A stretch of 64,000 nt of DNA from a virus (IMGVR_UViG_3300037454_000334:32001-96000); one strand, 5' to 3'. Shown: positions 1 through 10,251, counted from the stretch's first letter. Notes: generated by a model not told the origin, from the sequence alone. Program-made: numbers and translations.

Positions 1-161
1 TCTGCTTGGCGTGGCAACATACTTGGACGAAGCGGCACTCCGCAAGGCATTGGAACCGATAATCAAGGCATAAGACAATATGAAGTGAAGGGATGTATAT
101 GTCGACGGATAAGATAGATAATATTATAGATAAAGTTTTTAAAAAGTTGAAGGAATAAGAT

Positions 162-614
162 ATGCCAGGCAGACATAAAATTTGTTTATTCGGTATGGTT
201 GGGGGTTACACGAGAGGTCCGATCGAGGCCGTAGTGACGAGCGGCAGTGATATCTTGTCGCTGGCTGACGAGGGTATGCGGCAGGAACCGCCAAAGGACG
301 CATCCGATACGCCGTTCACCATCAAGGCTGTCGTGGCCGATCAGGAAATCGGCAGTTTAGTAAAGAAATTGGCCAGCAGCTGGTACTTCTCCCGCAAGGA
401 GGTGAAGCGGATGCAATACTTTGTCACTCACGGCCACATCGTTTATCTGAAGTATCCAGTGGATGTCGGAACGTGCGTTGTGACCATCTACACGCCGCGA
501 CAACTTCGGCTGCAGCTGGAAAAGACTCATTACCTCCGCACGGATTGGAGTGCCATGATTGCAGGTTATAGTCTTACGAATAGATATCATACAAATAAAA
601 AGAAAAAGAAATAA
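162..614 (+). CDS. hypothetical protein
   Basis: 150-aa ORF with AT-rich leader, first of a tightly packed + strand run. Confidence 0.6.
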   Translation: MPGRHKICLFGMVGGYTRGPIEAVVTSGSDILSLADEGMRQEPPKDASDTPFTIKAVVADQEIGSLVKKLASSWYFSRKEVKRMQYFVTHGHIVYLKYPVDVGTCVVTIYTPRQLRLQLEKTHYLRTDWSAMIAGYSLTNRYHTNKKKKK

Positions 615-620
615 AAGATT

Positions 621-1154
621 ATGGAACTGATATTTAAACCACAAGACTTGATGGTAGGCGATTGGGTGCTCCATCATGGGGTGCCGCACCTTGTCGTTGG
701 AATCGATTGCCTGGAACTGAAGACATGGCAATCGGTCAACCGCTGCGCCCTGTCAAAATTCGTCGGTTATGACGAGGTGAAGCCCATACCCATCAGTCCA
801 GACTACCTGAAGCTCTTCGGTTTCACGCAGGCCGACAGCGAAAGCGATTGGCTGGAAGGGAATGTATGGAAGATAACGTTCGACGACAAAGATGTCGAAG
901 ACCACGAGGCTTGCGAATTCATGTTCTCATGGACGGAGGACAAATATAGGGATCGCAGTTACAAGACCATCTTCAGAGGCTACGGTGACACCCCGTGCTT
1001 CCGCTTTGATGCCATCAGCGACATACAGCACTTCTTTTATCAGGAGAGCCGCTGCCCAATGCCGCTCAGCTGTCATCCGCAACCGATGCCAGTCAGCGAC
1101 GAAGCCAGGCGATTCCTTGACGGACTGAAGAAGAAACAGCTATATACAAAATAA
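621..1154 (+). CDS. phage hypothetical protein (DLMVGDWV-type N-terminus)
   Basis: 177-aa ORF; N-terminus resembles small Bacteroidetes phage accessory proteins. Confidence 0.7.
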   Translation: MELIFKPQDLMVGDWVLHHGVPHLVVGIDCLELKTWQSVNRCALSKFVGYDEVKPIPISPDYLKLFGFTQADSESDWLEGNVWKITFDDKDVEDHEACEFMFSWTEDKYRDRSYKTIFRGYGDTPCFRFDAISDIQHFFYQESRCPMPLSCHPQPMPVSDEARRFLDGLKKKQLYTK

Positions 1155-1159
1155 AAAGT

Positions 1160-1372
1160 ATGATGGATAAGAAATTTATTATTGATTTGTCGCTCATTAT
1201 CGCCTATGTGGTGATATATATTCCTCTGTATTTTGTCCATACGGCGTATTATGACTACCAGGTGATGATCTTGTACCTGTTGAGTGGTATGTTAGCAGGT
1301 TTCTGTTTTAGAAATATCATCCGATACCATAAAGATGAGAAGAAGAAAGATAAAGATATAAATACTATATAA
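1160..1372 (+). CDS. small 2-TM membrane protein
   Basis: Two hydrophobic stretches and a basic tail; AT-rich. Confidence 0.6.
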   Translation: MMDKKFIIDLSLIIAYVVIYIPLYFVHTAYYDYQVMILYLLSGMLAGFCFRNIIRYHKDEKKKDKDINTI

Positions 1373-1379
1373 GAAGATT

Positions 1380-1595
1380 ATGGATGAAGATAGAATTATC
1401 AAGAGAGACGAGAATGGCAAATGCGTGTCAGTGTCGATGGAGTTGTATGCGGATGAGTTTGTTTTTGAAAATCCCGAAATACAATTTGACATGGGTGCAT
1501 ATATGGAAGGATTTGGCTTTGAAGAGTTGCTTGAAGGCTGCACCGAGGACGATGATATAACACTAGTTATTGAAGTAAGAAAGAAGAAAAAATGA
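1380..1595 (+). CDS. small acidic hypothetical protein
   Basis: 71-aa ORF in operon-like spacing. Confidence 0.55.
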   Translation: MDEDRIIKRDENGKCVSVSMELYADEFVFENPEIQFDMGAYMEGFGFEELLEGCTEDDDITLVIEVRKKKK

Positions 1596-1766
1596 CGTTT
1601 GTAAATAATAATGATATGGATACATAATATGGCCAAAACGGGCCTAAAAAGTTTGTATAGTAATCAAATAGGAAGTTTCTTTCTCAATCAAACCACCCGC
1701 TTCATTGAGATACAAGTTATTCAGCCTATTGAGAGGCAAATTTAGAATATGGTAGAAATGTAAAAG

Positions 1767-1811
1767 AAAAAACCGCCCGCAGCGGTCTCGGTGATGGAGA
1801 CGTGCGGGCGG
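1767..1811 (-). terminator. intrinsic terminator
   Basis: CCGCCCGCA...TGCGGGCGG stem with an adjacent A-run (U-tail on minus), after 1837..3315. Confidence 0.7.
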
Positions 1812-1836
1812 AAACACCTCAATAAGTAAAAACCAG

Positions 1837-3315
1837 TTATTTCTTGACGCTGGCGCGTTGAGACTGCTTGCTGGTAGCCTTTGGCTGAGCCTTCTTAGCA
1901 GCATTGAGTTTACTATTAACCTTCGGTTGACCCTGCTCACGCTCGGAAGAGTCGATGCCAGCATCACTCTTCGCTCGCTTAATCGCAGCGTTTTCCTCTT
2001 CTATATACTGAACATAGGGATAATAGTTCTTGGCTTCTTCCTCGCCGATGAGCTCGACCAGTCGCGGATATTTGACTTCCTTGGCGGTCTTCAATCGTGC
2101 GTCACTCGCAGGCTTATCCTTACGCTTCAGATATCTAAGGATGTCGGAGATTTCCTCTTTCTTTGCTTCCTCAGCTTTCATCTTCGCGGCATATTCGGGA
2201 TTCTCCTGCTCGATGATGGCCTTGATGCGCATATCGAGTTCGGGCGAGCGCAGTTTCTCGTAGTAAGGTCGGCAGATGTGCGACACCTTCACGAGATCGA
2301 CGCCTTTGAAGCGACGGAGGAATTTATCGCGATAGGGTTCATCGTTTTGTAAGCGATAGAAAACGGTGGCCAACTCTTCGTCGACGGCGGCATAGATGGC
2401 GAGGTAGCCCTCGACGGCCTCCTTGGCCTGCTGGGCGTAGGGCTCTATCTCTTCGGGCGCAGCGCCCATGTCGCCCATCGTCTTAGCACGCTCGGATGCA
2501 CTCTCGGCGGTGACGCGCAGGCCACGAACCATCTCGATGCGCTTCTTCAGGTCGTCGGAGCAGAGCCAGGCGAGGTCACTGAGGCGCAGGCGGTCCTGCT
2601 CGATGCGGTCCTGATAGACCTCGGACATCGTGGGGCATGGTAAACCGCTCTGCGACACAGAGGGGTCAGGCACTTTTGTGCCGTCGGTGTCAGCAGCAGA
2701 AGTGCCAGACCCCGCAGAGTCGCTGCCAGTTCCCCCTGATTCACCGAAGAGCGATGGATTCTGGCGGTCATATTCGGCTTTCTTGGCGGCCTTCTCGGCG
2801 GCCACTTCGGCATTGTTCTTCTCACGGGGAGCCTTGTCGCTGACGATGACGTCGATGCCCATCAGGCGGGCGATGACCATCTGCTTCTCCATCTCGGGAT
2901 CAGTAGGTCGCTGCATCTCGATACCGTTCTTACGGGCTTCGACCTCGGCGGCAGACGGGCGTCCGCGTCGGCGGGCCGGTACCGACGGGGCAACCAGAGC
3001 GTAGGTATGGCCGTCACTGCCCTGCAGCGCGAGACCCTTGGATATCTCGCCCTTGATCTTCTCGACGTAGATGCGCAGTCGGTGGGCACGGGCGGCATAG
3101 TCGCCGTAGCGCACGGCCTTGTCCACGAAGTCGCGGGCAAACTGGAAGGCATACAGCAGCTGCAGGCCTGTCTCCATGTCCTTGCGAGAAGATTGTTCCC
3201 AGGCATCGCCTATCCGCTCCAACACCGGCAGCTTGTCGTTGATGAACTTTGTAAGGTCTGTGACGTAGCTGAGCTGCTCGTCGGGCGTCATCTGTGTGTA
3301 GAGTTTCTGTTCCAT
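1837..3315 (-). CDS. hypothetical charged helical protein with AT-hook-like RRRGRP motif
   Basis: 492-aa ORF with its own GTCCC-type promoter and terminator. Confidence 0.85.
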   Translation of the reverse strand: MEQKLYTQMTPDEQLSYVTDLTKFINDKLPVLERIGDAWEQSSRKDMETGLQLLYAFQFARDFVDKAVRYGDYAARAHRLRIYVEKIKGEISKGLALQGSDGHTYALVAPSVPARRRGRPSAAEVEARKNGIEMQRPTDPEMEKQMVIARLMGIDVIVSDKAPREKNNAEVAAEKAAKKAEYDRQNPSLFGESGGTGSDSAGSGTSAADTDGTKVPDPSVSQSGLPCPTMSEVYQDRIEQDRLRLSDLAWLCSDDLKKRIEMVRGLRVTAESASERAKTMGDMGAAPEEIEPYAQQAKEAVEGYLAIYAAVDEELATVFYRLQNDEPYRDKFLRRFKGVDLVKVSHICRPYYEKLRSPELDMRIKAIIEQENPEYAAKMKAEEAKKEEISDILRYLKRKDKPASDARLKTAKEVKYPRLVELIGEEEAKNYYPYVQYIEEENAAIKRAKSDAGIDSSEREQGQPKVNSKLNAAKKAQPKATSKQSQRASVKK

Positions 3316-3339
3316 AAGTCGTTGATTTGATTACACATG

Positions 3340-3373
3340 CAAAATTACCACCTTTTTATTTATATAATGGGAC
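3340..3373 (-). promoter_or_regulatory. GTCCC-N21-TAATTTTG promoter
   Basis: Bacteroidetes -7 box plus conserved GTCCC element. Confidence 0.75.
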
Positions 3374-3394
3374 TTCCCTGGCGGTTGGCGACAC

Positions 3395-3426
3395 AAAAAC
3401 CCCCGCATCAGCTCGTGGTGCGGGGG
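3395..3426 (-). terminator. intrinsic terminator
   Basis: CCCCCGCA...TGCGGGGG stem flanked by A-runs. Confidence 0.7.
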
Positions 3427-3555
3427 CAAAACTAGCATAAATCAAGTCAACTTCTATGAAACCAATTCAGTTTGATTCTTATGTTAGTGAGAGTTGTCAG
3501 GGTTCGTCGTCGGGTTCTTGTTCAGCCGGTTGTTCAGCCGGAGCGTTGCCGGCGG

Positions 3556-4095
3556 TTATTCCCCCATCAGAGAATCCCATCCACCCTGCTGCGGCTCAGT
3601 CACGTAGAGCAGAGGATACTTCACGGGTTTCAGGTGGAACTCGCAAGTAGCCTGACGGTCAGAGTCTGCGGTGTCACCGGTGTCACCGGCGATGCCACCG
3701 TTGTCAGCCTCGCAGCGACGGTTCGGGTCGTACATAATCAGGCTGTCATCGCCATCCTTCACGATGAAGAACAAGTCGAGGTTGTTCAGCGCACGGCCGG
3801 CCTTCGAGAAGGTCTTGTTCAGAGACTCGATGACAATGGTGATTCCGAGGTCGTAGCCCTTGCGGGGGCCAAGGCTTGAGAAGCTGATCTTCTGGGCCTC
3901 GTTCTTACCCTGAATCTTATAAAGTCCCTTACCGCTGGCGAAGGTCGGCGTGCTGTACACGTTCTCATCTGCGGTCAGGGGAGCGGCCAGGTCAGATTTA
4001 ATACCGACATAGACGTCGGCGCTGATGCCAGCCAGATTCTCCAAGCACTCGTCGGCTTTGAGAATGTTCATCATTGTTGGACAATTCTGTGCCAT
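3556..4095 (-). CDS. probable major tail (tube) protein
   Basis: 179 aa, beta-rich, directly downstream of the capsid gene; size and position typical. Confidence 0.65.
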   Translation of the reverse strand: MAQNCPTMMNILKADECLENLAGISADVYVGIKSDLAAPLTADENVYSTPTFASGKGLYKIQGKNEAQKISFSSLGPRKGYDLGITIVIESLNKTFSKAGRALNNLDLFFIVKDGDDSLIMYDPNRRCEADNGGIAGDTGDTADSDRQATCEFHLKPVKYPLLYVTEPQQGGWDSLMGE

Positions 4096-4199
4096 ATTGA
4101 TAAATTTTTGTGTTGGTTACTACTATTAAACGAAAAGGGAGGGAGCCCATCGGCGGGCGATATTGCGCTTCGGGGCTCCCCTACCCCCTTTGAGAGATT

Positions 4200-4589
4200 C
4201 TAGCCGTCCAGGTCGGTGTCCTCACCGCCGCCCTGACCTACGTCAGCCGTTGGCGTGATAGTCACCAGGATTCCGGCTTCGTTGCCTTCGGCATCGTACA
4301 GCGGATACTTGGTCTCACCGTCGGCTGCTGCCGTTGCGATGATGTAGAACTTGCGTCCTACCCACTCGGCTACCGAGTTCTCCTTCACCTCGACCTCGAT
4401 GAACTCCTGTTCGCCGAAGGTCTTTTTCTCGCCTGTGGTCTCTGCGACGCCAGTGGCGTACTCAGTCTGACCGTCGGCGCTGTATGAAGTGAAGTTGTAC
4501 GTTACCTTTTCGGGTACCTGCGGCTCGGGCTGTGGCTCGGGCTCTGGTGCAGGCGTTTGATTAGCCGGGTCGCCTCCGGCGGTTATTCC
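4200..4589 (-). CDS. -1 frameshift C-terminal extension of the major capsid protein (129 aa)
   Basis: Open -1 frame starting at GGGGGAATAA: GITAGGDPANQTPAPEPEPQPEPQVPEKVTYNFTSY...DLDG; Pro/Glu linker then a beta-rich domain; no ATG at the start of the frame. Confidence 0.7.
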   Translation of the reverse strand, partial: GITAGGDPANQTPAPEPEPQPEPQVPEKVTYNFTSYSADGQTEYATGVAETTGEKKTFGEQEFIEVEVKENSVAEWVGRKFYIIATAAADGETKYPLYDAEGNEAGILVTITPTADVGQGGGEDTDLDG

Positions 4590-5839
4590 CCCGAGAAAAT
4601 GGCTACGATGGCCATAGGATCACCTGTGGCAACGATGTTGATCGTTGCAGAGGTCTGTCCGTTTGACCACTTCACGAAGTTCTTGCCGGTCTTCGGTGTG
4701 GCGGTCAGTGTCAGGGTTGTGCCCTTGGCTACCTCAGTACCACTTGGGATGGTCTCCTGACCGTTCTTGATAACCACGTCACCGAGGGTAGCGTCGTTGG
4801 CGGTCACGTAAACGGCATCCTTGGTGTAGTCACCAGAGTTGAACGACATCTCGGCAGCACCACCATTGGTCACGAATGCGCGGCCAGTGGGATCAACGAG
4901 CATGAAGCCGAAGATACCCTGGATCTGCATCACGAGGTCCTTGGTGTCGCGAGAGGGCTCGGGAACGACGTTGACGAAGCTGTCGTCAGACTCGTTGTTC
5001 ACACCCAGCACGAGGTTGCCCTCGATGGTTGCGAATGCGAGTGTTCCCTTGTAGTCATCTACGGGGATGAAGGTACGCTTAGAGTGTCCGGGCAGCTTGA
5101 AGTTGCCGTTGTCAAGCCACTGAGCGCCCTGGTGTGAGCGGTGCTTCTGCTCGAAGGCGTCGGCAATGGCGAGAGCGTCCTCACGAACGAGATAGACGTT
5201 CACGTTCTGCTTCTTCAGTGCGGGGCTCCATGAGTTCTCCCACTTCACGTAGTTGTCGTAAGCGGCAGAGTCGCCCTCGCTCTGGGGAGCGTCGAACAGG
5301 CCAGAGGGGATGAGATTCTTGGCAGCCTGGTTGACAGTGCCGTCGTTGATGTCAACCAACATCACGGTGAGCAGACCGTCGAAGAGGTTCATCTCCTCGT
5401 TGTCGCTGGCAGCGTCACCACCGATAATGTTGTTGAAGATGTCCTGAGAGAACAGCTTGGCCTGCTCGGTCATGAACTCCTCGGTCTTCTCAAAGTGCAT
5501 AGCGGCATTGCCGTTGATGCTGATGTTACCTGGCTTCTCCTTGAAGTCATCCTCGTTACAGCGAATGCGGTGAACGCAGATGTTCGCCGTCAGCTTACGA
5601 GAGAAGAGGTAGCCGAGCTTCGACTCCTTGACGTTACCGACTTCCTTCTTGCGGGTCTGACCACCCTTGCCTGCGAAGACAGTCTTGGTCATCTGGTGCT
5701 GTACACCCGTCTCGACCTTGATGCCGAGGCGATCCAACTCGTCCTTCATATAGTATGCAGGACCGAACACGATGTTCGGAGAGAGCTTGTTGGCTACGCT
5801 CTGTACATTCTCCAAACCGATGAATTTTTCGTTTGCCAT
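4583..5839 (-). CDS. major capsid protein with C-terminal InlB B-repeat/Ig-like domain
   Basis: Follows the protease/scaffold gene; C-terminal LTATP.TGKNFVKWSNG motif; strong codon bias. Confidence 0.78.
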   Translation of the reverse strand: MANEKFIGLENVQSVANKLSPNIVFGPAYYMKDELDRLGIKVETGVQHQMTKTVFAGKGGQTRKKEVGNVKESKLGYLFSRKLTANICVHRIRCNEDDFKEKPGNISINGNAAMHFEKTEEFMTEQAKLFSQDIFNNIIGGDAASDNEEMNLFDGLLTVMLVDINDGTVNQAAKNLIPSGLFDAPQSEGDSAAYDNYVKWENSWSPALKKQNVNVYLVREDALAIADAFEQKHRSHQGAQWLDNGNFKLPGHSKRTFIPVDDYKGTLAFATIEGNLVLGVNNESDDSFVNVVPEPSRDTKDLVMQIQGIFGFMLVDPTGRAFVTNGGAAEMSFNSGDYTKDAVYVTANDATLGDVVIKNGQETIPSGTEVAKGTTLTLTATPKTGKNFVKWSNGQTSATINIVATGDPMAIVAIFSGE

Positions 5840-5895
5840 AGTTGTTAAAAATGTGTTGGTGAATAATGATGTTATTTAAAAAGTTTTTGTGTTGG

Positions 5896-7668
5896 TTACT
5901 TACCGTGCTCCTCGTTCCACTTCTTCTCCAGCTCGCGGTTCTTATCATAAGAGAGAGCGGGGTCATAGACGTACTGGTTCACTACCACTTGTGGAGCTTC
6001 TGCACCGCCGCCGTTATTCTTTGGGGCAGCACCAGCCTGTGCGCCTTGACCGGGGTCGTTCTGGAGCTCAGTGAGCTGGGCGTTCAGGTCTGTAATCTGC
6101 TGGTCGCGCTCGGCGATGGTGTTCTCGGCGGTCGTCAGGGACTCCTTTGCACCGTTCACGTCGGCCTGCAACTGCTCAATCTGAGCCTTCTGTCCCTCGA
6201 TGTCATGCTGCAGGTTGCCGATGGTCTCCTCCTTGGCGGTGATGTCCTGCTCCTGATCGGCGATCTTGGCATTCAGATCCTCGATGGCCTTGCTGTGCTC
6301 AGCGTTCAGGTCGTCGATGGCCTTGCTGTGCTCAGCGTTCAGGTCGTCGATGGCCTTCTGGTGCTCGGCGTTCAGGTTCTCCACTGCCTGTGCGTTCTCA
6401 GTCTTGATGGTCAAGATCTGAGCGTTCAGGTTGTCCTTCTCTGCGGTCAGGCTCTCTACCAATGCCAGTGCATCGGCTTTCTCCTTCTGCAAAGCCTCGA
6501 TGTTTGTCTGAAGAGTGTCGAGCAGTGAGGTGTTCATGTAAACACCGTCTGCATCCACCTTCTCAAACTTGCCGTCAGCAGCTCCTGCCAACTGTGCAAT
6601 AATCTGATAATTCTCTGTCATAATACTGTTATTTGTTGGTGAAATAATGTTGTTCTGTTTTGCGAGATTGACGCCACGGACTTTTGCCTTCTTGGTATCA
6701 ATCTCTGGCAGTTTGCCGAGTTTGCGGCCTGCTGTGCGCTCGATGGGCTTTTCCACGCCGTCTGCCACTGCAAAGGCACGGGATACGAGATCGCCGAGCA
6801 GCATCTGACCGTCGCAGAGGATGCCCATCACATCTTTGGCGTTGAACATCTTGCCTTTCAGGTGCTCGTCCACGTCGGCATTCGGGAAAGCAGCCTTCAT
6901 GTCTGCACGGAACTCCTCGCCGAGTTTCTTCAGCTCCTCGATGAGCAGCGTAGCGTCATCGTCTTCGGCGATATCGCGCATCTCCTTATTCTTATCAACG
7001 CTCTCGGGGTCGTAATACTCGCGGTAGGTCTCGCCCGTGTACTGGTTCTTCTCGCCGTTCTTCTGCGTGAAGAAGCTGGCCATCACGCCGACGCAGCCGA
7101 GCTGATCCATCAGGTTCACAACATACACCTCGTCGCAGAGCGAAGCCTTGTACTCGCCAGCCGATGCGCACAGGCCGTCAATAAGATCATAGACGCGCTG
7201 GCCACGGGCATGGGCATAGTCAATACCCATCTGGAAATCGTTCTTTGCCCAAGCACTACCGCCAGGGGTGTTGGTAATGAAGATGTGTGCGCGGCAATAC
7301 TTATTGTCGGCAGCCTTCATCATCCAGTCGCGGATTTCCTTTGAGCCGTAAGAACAAGCACCACCGTTGCGTGTAATAGGTCCGTCGATTGGCATGATGT
7401 TTACGAATGGTACCTGCAGCTGCTTCAGGTAGTCGATACCAGCCCAAGAGTCGTAGGTCGGCAGCACATCACCGTCCTGTGTGACCTCATACTCACGGAA
7501 GATGTCGGCGCCAGCCATGCTCATCGCCATCGGTCTGCGCTTCTCGCGGTCAATGCCGAGCATCGTATGGTTCTGGCTGTTATACATCACCGTGGGCAGG
7601 ATGCCATGCACGAACGATGGCAGTATCATCCATTCCTTGTTGGTGTAGATTTCTAAAAGTCCGTTCAT
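5896..7668 (-). CDS. S49-family prohead protease fused to a coiled-coil scaffold
   Basis: NTPGGS, GLCASAGEY, LGCVGV motifs; C-terminal coiled coil with tandem IDDLNAEHSKA-like repeats. Confidence 0.88.
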   Translation of the reverse strand: MNGLLEIYTNKEWMILPSFVHGILPTVMYNSQNHTMLGIDREKRRPMAMSMAGADIFREYEVTQDGDVLPTYDSWAGIDYLKQLQVPFVNIMPIDGPITRNGGACSYGSKEIRDWMMKAADNKYCRAHIFITNTPGGSAWAKNDFQMGIDYAHARGQRVYDLIDGLCASAGEYKASLCDEVYVVNLMDQLGCVGVMASFFTQKNGEKNQYTGETYREYYDPESVDKNKEMRDIAEDDDATLLIEELKKLGEEFRADMKAAFPNADVDEHLKGKMFNAKDVMGILCDGQMLLGDLVSRAFAVADGVEKPIERTAGRKLGKLPEIDTKKAKVRGVNLAKQNNIISPTNNSIMTENYQIIAQLAGAADGKFEKVDADGVYMNTSLLDTLQTNIEALQKEKADALALVESLTAEKDNLNAQILTIKTENAQAVENLNAEHQKAIDDLNAEHSKAIDDLNAEHSKAIEDLNAKIADQEQDITAKEETIGNLQHDIEGQKAQIEQLQADVNGAKESLTTAENTIAERDQQITDLNAQLTELQNDPGQGAQAGAAPKNNGGGAEAPQVVVNQYVYDPALSYDKNRELEKKWNEEHGK

Positions 7669-7702
7669 AAATCCTTATGTGATTTTTAATTTCAACTGAC
7701 GG

Positions 7703-7734
7703 CAAAGGTAATGTATGCGCGATTTTAATGGGAC
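7703..7734 (-). promoter_or_regulatory. GTCCC-N19-TACCTTTG promoter (head operon)
   Basis: Motif upstream of the protease gene. Confidence 0.72.
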
Positions 7735-7936
7735 TTGTTTTTCGCCGCGAAAAAGCGTTTTTCGGGCAAAAACGCGATTAAGCGAGTGGATAGGAAAAAA
7801 CATGGCCGACGCTCTCGCGCCAGCCATGCCTCATGTTTTTACCAAATTAATTACTCATTATTTACTGACTTCAAAAATTGTACCGCCCCGCATCCTCGCG
7901 GACTCTACGGGCGGTCCCTGTGTACAATTATAACTA

Positions 7937-8425
7937 TCATGTTCGTCGTGTAATCCTTATCATGTTCGACAGCGACTTCATCGACACCTTCACCGTCTGC
8001 TTCTGCTCGCCTCCGAACTGGTCCTCGACGGAGACAGACGACGTATTGGGAAGGGCATACAGCAGGAACTCGGTACCGGCCACCGTGCGCAGTACGGCGT
8101 GGAAGTCCACACCTTCAAGCAGTCCCTGGGCCTCGCGTACCTCTTCGTAGCCGTACTGCACGGGAATCTGAAGGTCGTGGTTGCGCAGATAGCCTGATGC
8201 CTGTGTCTTCCCCTGCGTCTTCAGCGTCGGCGCATTCATCTGAGCCGTAATACCGGAAGCCGAGTCGTTCACGTCGAGCGTCATCGACGGGGAACCGATG
8301 ACACAGCTGTTCATCGTCACTATCTCCGGAACGTTGAACGGAACAGGCATCGAACAGACCGATGCCTTGACCAGGTCGATGTGCGTCACCTCGCTGAGGA
8401 ATATCTCACTACAATTCTCCATCAT
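7937..8425 (-). CDS. hypothetical (possible structural) protein
   Basis: ORF from MMENCSEIF. Confidence 0.7.
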   Translation of the reverse strand: MMENCSEIFLSEVTHIDLVKASVCSMPVPFNVPEIVTMNSCVIGSPSMTLDVNDSASGITAQMNAPTLKTQGKTQASGYLRNHDLQIPVQYGYEEVREAQGLLEGVDFHAVLRTVAGTEFLLYALPNTSSVSVEDQFGGEQKQTVKVSMKSLSNMIRITRRT

Positions 8426-8609
8426 CACACCTATTATATTATATATATTGCCGCTTATGCCTCCCGAAAAACCACCGAAAAAAGCCTTTGTACAACATGC
8501 GGACACGTTTTGGGGGACATTCGGACGGTTATTTAACTTCTTTTATAGTTCACATTAACTTTCATTCGTACACCTCTTATAAAAGTGCGTAACAAGCCTA
8601 TGACATAGG

Positions 8610-8981
8610 TCAATCGCCGTTATAGGGGTCTATCTCCGACTTGGCTGCTTCATCGGGCTGTCGCGTCTCGATGTCCGAGTTGTTGACGGCCGACGGACTG
8701 TCGCCTTCAGGCAGTTCCTTCTTCACAGGATTGCCGTTGCGGTCATACCCTTGCGTAAACTTACAGGCGAACATCGCACCAGCGGGAACGGCAACCAGAT
8801 ACGGCTCGATATTAAGCCACCAGTCGTGCGGCTGGATGCCTGCCAGGGCCATCGACTCGTGGGCGGCCAGGGCGGTGCCGCTGATCAAGCCGCAGACCCA
8901 CATCATGCGCTTGAAGAACCTAGGCATGGCGTTCTGCCAGCGGCTCTTCAACTCCTTCCAGAAATCCTGCATCGTCTTCAT
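8610..8981 (-). CDS. holin-like 2-TM protein
   Basis: RWQNAMPRFFKR N-terminus, two hydrophobic helices, acidic tail. Confidence 0.62.
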   Translation of the reverse strand: MKTMQDFWKELKSRWQNAMPRFFKRMMWVCGLISGTALAAHESMALAGIQPHDWWLNIEPYLVAVPAGAMFACKFTQGYDRNGNPVKKELPEGDSPSAVNNSDIETRQPDEAAKSEIDPYNGD

Positions 8982-8994
8982 ATTACAAACCAAT

Positions 8995-9318
8995 CTATTG
9001 TTGTCGCTGAACTTTTACGCCTGGATCGGATATCAGTATCAGGTTTGACAAGCCCTTGACCTCTGATAAGAGACCTTGGATATCAGTCCGCACGCCTCCC
9101 ACCTGCTCAATCATCTTCTTTTCGAGCGAGTTCATCTTATCCAATAATCCATCCTGTTTAATTGAGTGAGAGTCGATACGCTTCTGCTGGCTTTCGACAG
9201 TCTTTTCGAGAATGGCCACACGGGTGCGAAGGTTATGAACCCAACCCACCAATCCGACAATCCCAGCGAGTAGCACCGGGAGCAGATAGGGCCAGAGATC
9301 TGTCATTACACTATTCAT
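8995..9318 (-). CDS. single-TM coiled-coil protein (holin/antiholin-like)
   Basis: Start at MNSVMTDLWPYLLPVLLAGIVGLV; TM then coiled coil. Confidence 0.65.
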   Translation of the reverse strand: MNSVMTDLWPYLLPVLLAGIVGLVGWVHNLRTRVAILEKTVESQQKRIDSHSIKQDGLLDKMNSLEKKMIEQVGGVRTDIQGLLSEVKGLSNLILISDPGVKVQRQQ

Positions 9319-9341
9319 TTGCCTGTTTCTGTTTTTTTCTG

Positions 9342-9375
9342 CAAAGATAAGCAGCGTGGCGCTTCGCTTTGGGAT
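9342..9375 (-). promoter_or_regulatory. ATCCC-N21-TATCTTTG promoter variant
   Basis: Same spacing as the GTCCC motif, upstream of the holin-like pair. Confidence 0.6.
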
Positions 9376-9475
9376 ATAAGACAGGCGAAAAGGCATATAT
9401 ACGGGCAAAAGCGGGGCAAGGCGGCCGTTGGACCGCCCCACCCCGCCGACCATTCACGGCGATATGGAATGGAAG

Positions 9476-9748
9476 TCATTTCCTGGCAAAGAGCTTGCCA
9501 AGGAGCCAGAAGGCCGAGGTGGTAAGCACGTTCGCGGCGACGTCGCTGCCGAAGGCCGTGTACCATCGGTCTCGGTCGGCATGCTCCACCAGGCGCTCCA
9601 GGTGCTGCTGGTTCCGCTGAATCGCCCGCAGGATCTCGTCATTGCTCTTGTTCTGCATCGTCATCATCACGAAGAGTCGTTTCTCCTCGTCGCTCATCTT
9701 GTCATAGATGCGCTCAAGGAGCATCCTGCGGGCGACGGCTCTGTCCAT
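9476..9748 (-). CDS. hypothetical protein with hydrophobic C-terminus (Cys-rich operon)
   Basis: 90 aa, TAATG overlap with the upstream gene. Confidence 0.75.
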   Translation of the reverse strand: MDRAVARRMLLERIYDKMSDEEKRLFVMMTMQNKSNDEILRAIQRNQQHLERLVEHADRDRWYTAFGSDVAANVLTTSAFWLLGKLFARK

Positions 9749-10251
9749 TACACACCGAAGTATGAGCGGATATCATACACACCGTCCTTGTCGCGGAGTG
9801 TCTTCATCGCCATCTTGTAGCAGGCAGCGATGATGTCCTTGTCGGTAGGCGTGAGCGGCTTGCCGAGCAGGGCGGCTATCTCCTCTCCGAAGTCGGAGTA
9901 CATCTTGTTCATCTCCACCCACAGGGCGCAGCTGTTGTAGTACGGCATGTCCTCGATGGGCAGGCCGAACGACTGCATCGCGTTCTTCCATGTGTCGCGG
10001 CTCCAAGGGGCCTTTGGATCCATGCCGGCAACAATCTTCTCGGCCTCCTTCGGCGTGAGGTACTGCTTCCACTTGATGGCCTCCAGCTTGTCTATCATCT
10101 CCTCGGCCACGTCGGGCTTCGTCTGGATGAGATAGTCCATCATCTCGTTCATCACACGGCCGAAAGCCATCATGTTCTTTGGGTCACGGCTGTTGGCCAT
10201 GTATTCGTATAGACCTGTATAGCGGTCTCTCAATTCTTGCGGTATAGTCAT
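9748..10251 (-). CDS. hypothetical helical protein (ALWVEMNKMYSD motif)
   Basis: 167-aa ORF with coding-like codon use. Confidence 0.82.
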   Translation of the reverse strand: MTIPQELRDRYTGLYEYMANSRDPKNMMAFGRVMNEMMDYLIQTKPDVAEEMIDKLEAIKWKQYLTPKEAEKIVAGMDPKAPWSRDTWKNAMQSFGLPIEDMPYYNSCALWVEMNKMYSDFGEEIAALLGKPLTPTDKDIIAACYKMAMKTLRDKDGVYDIRSYFGV

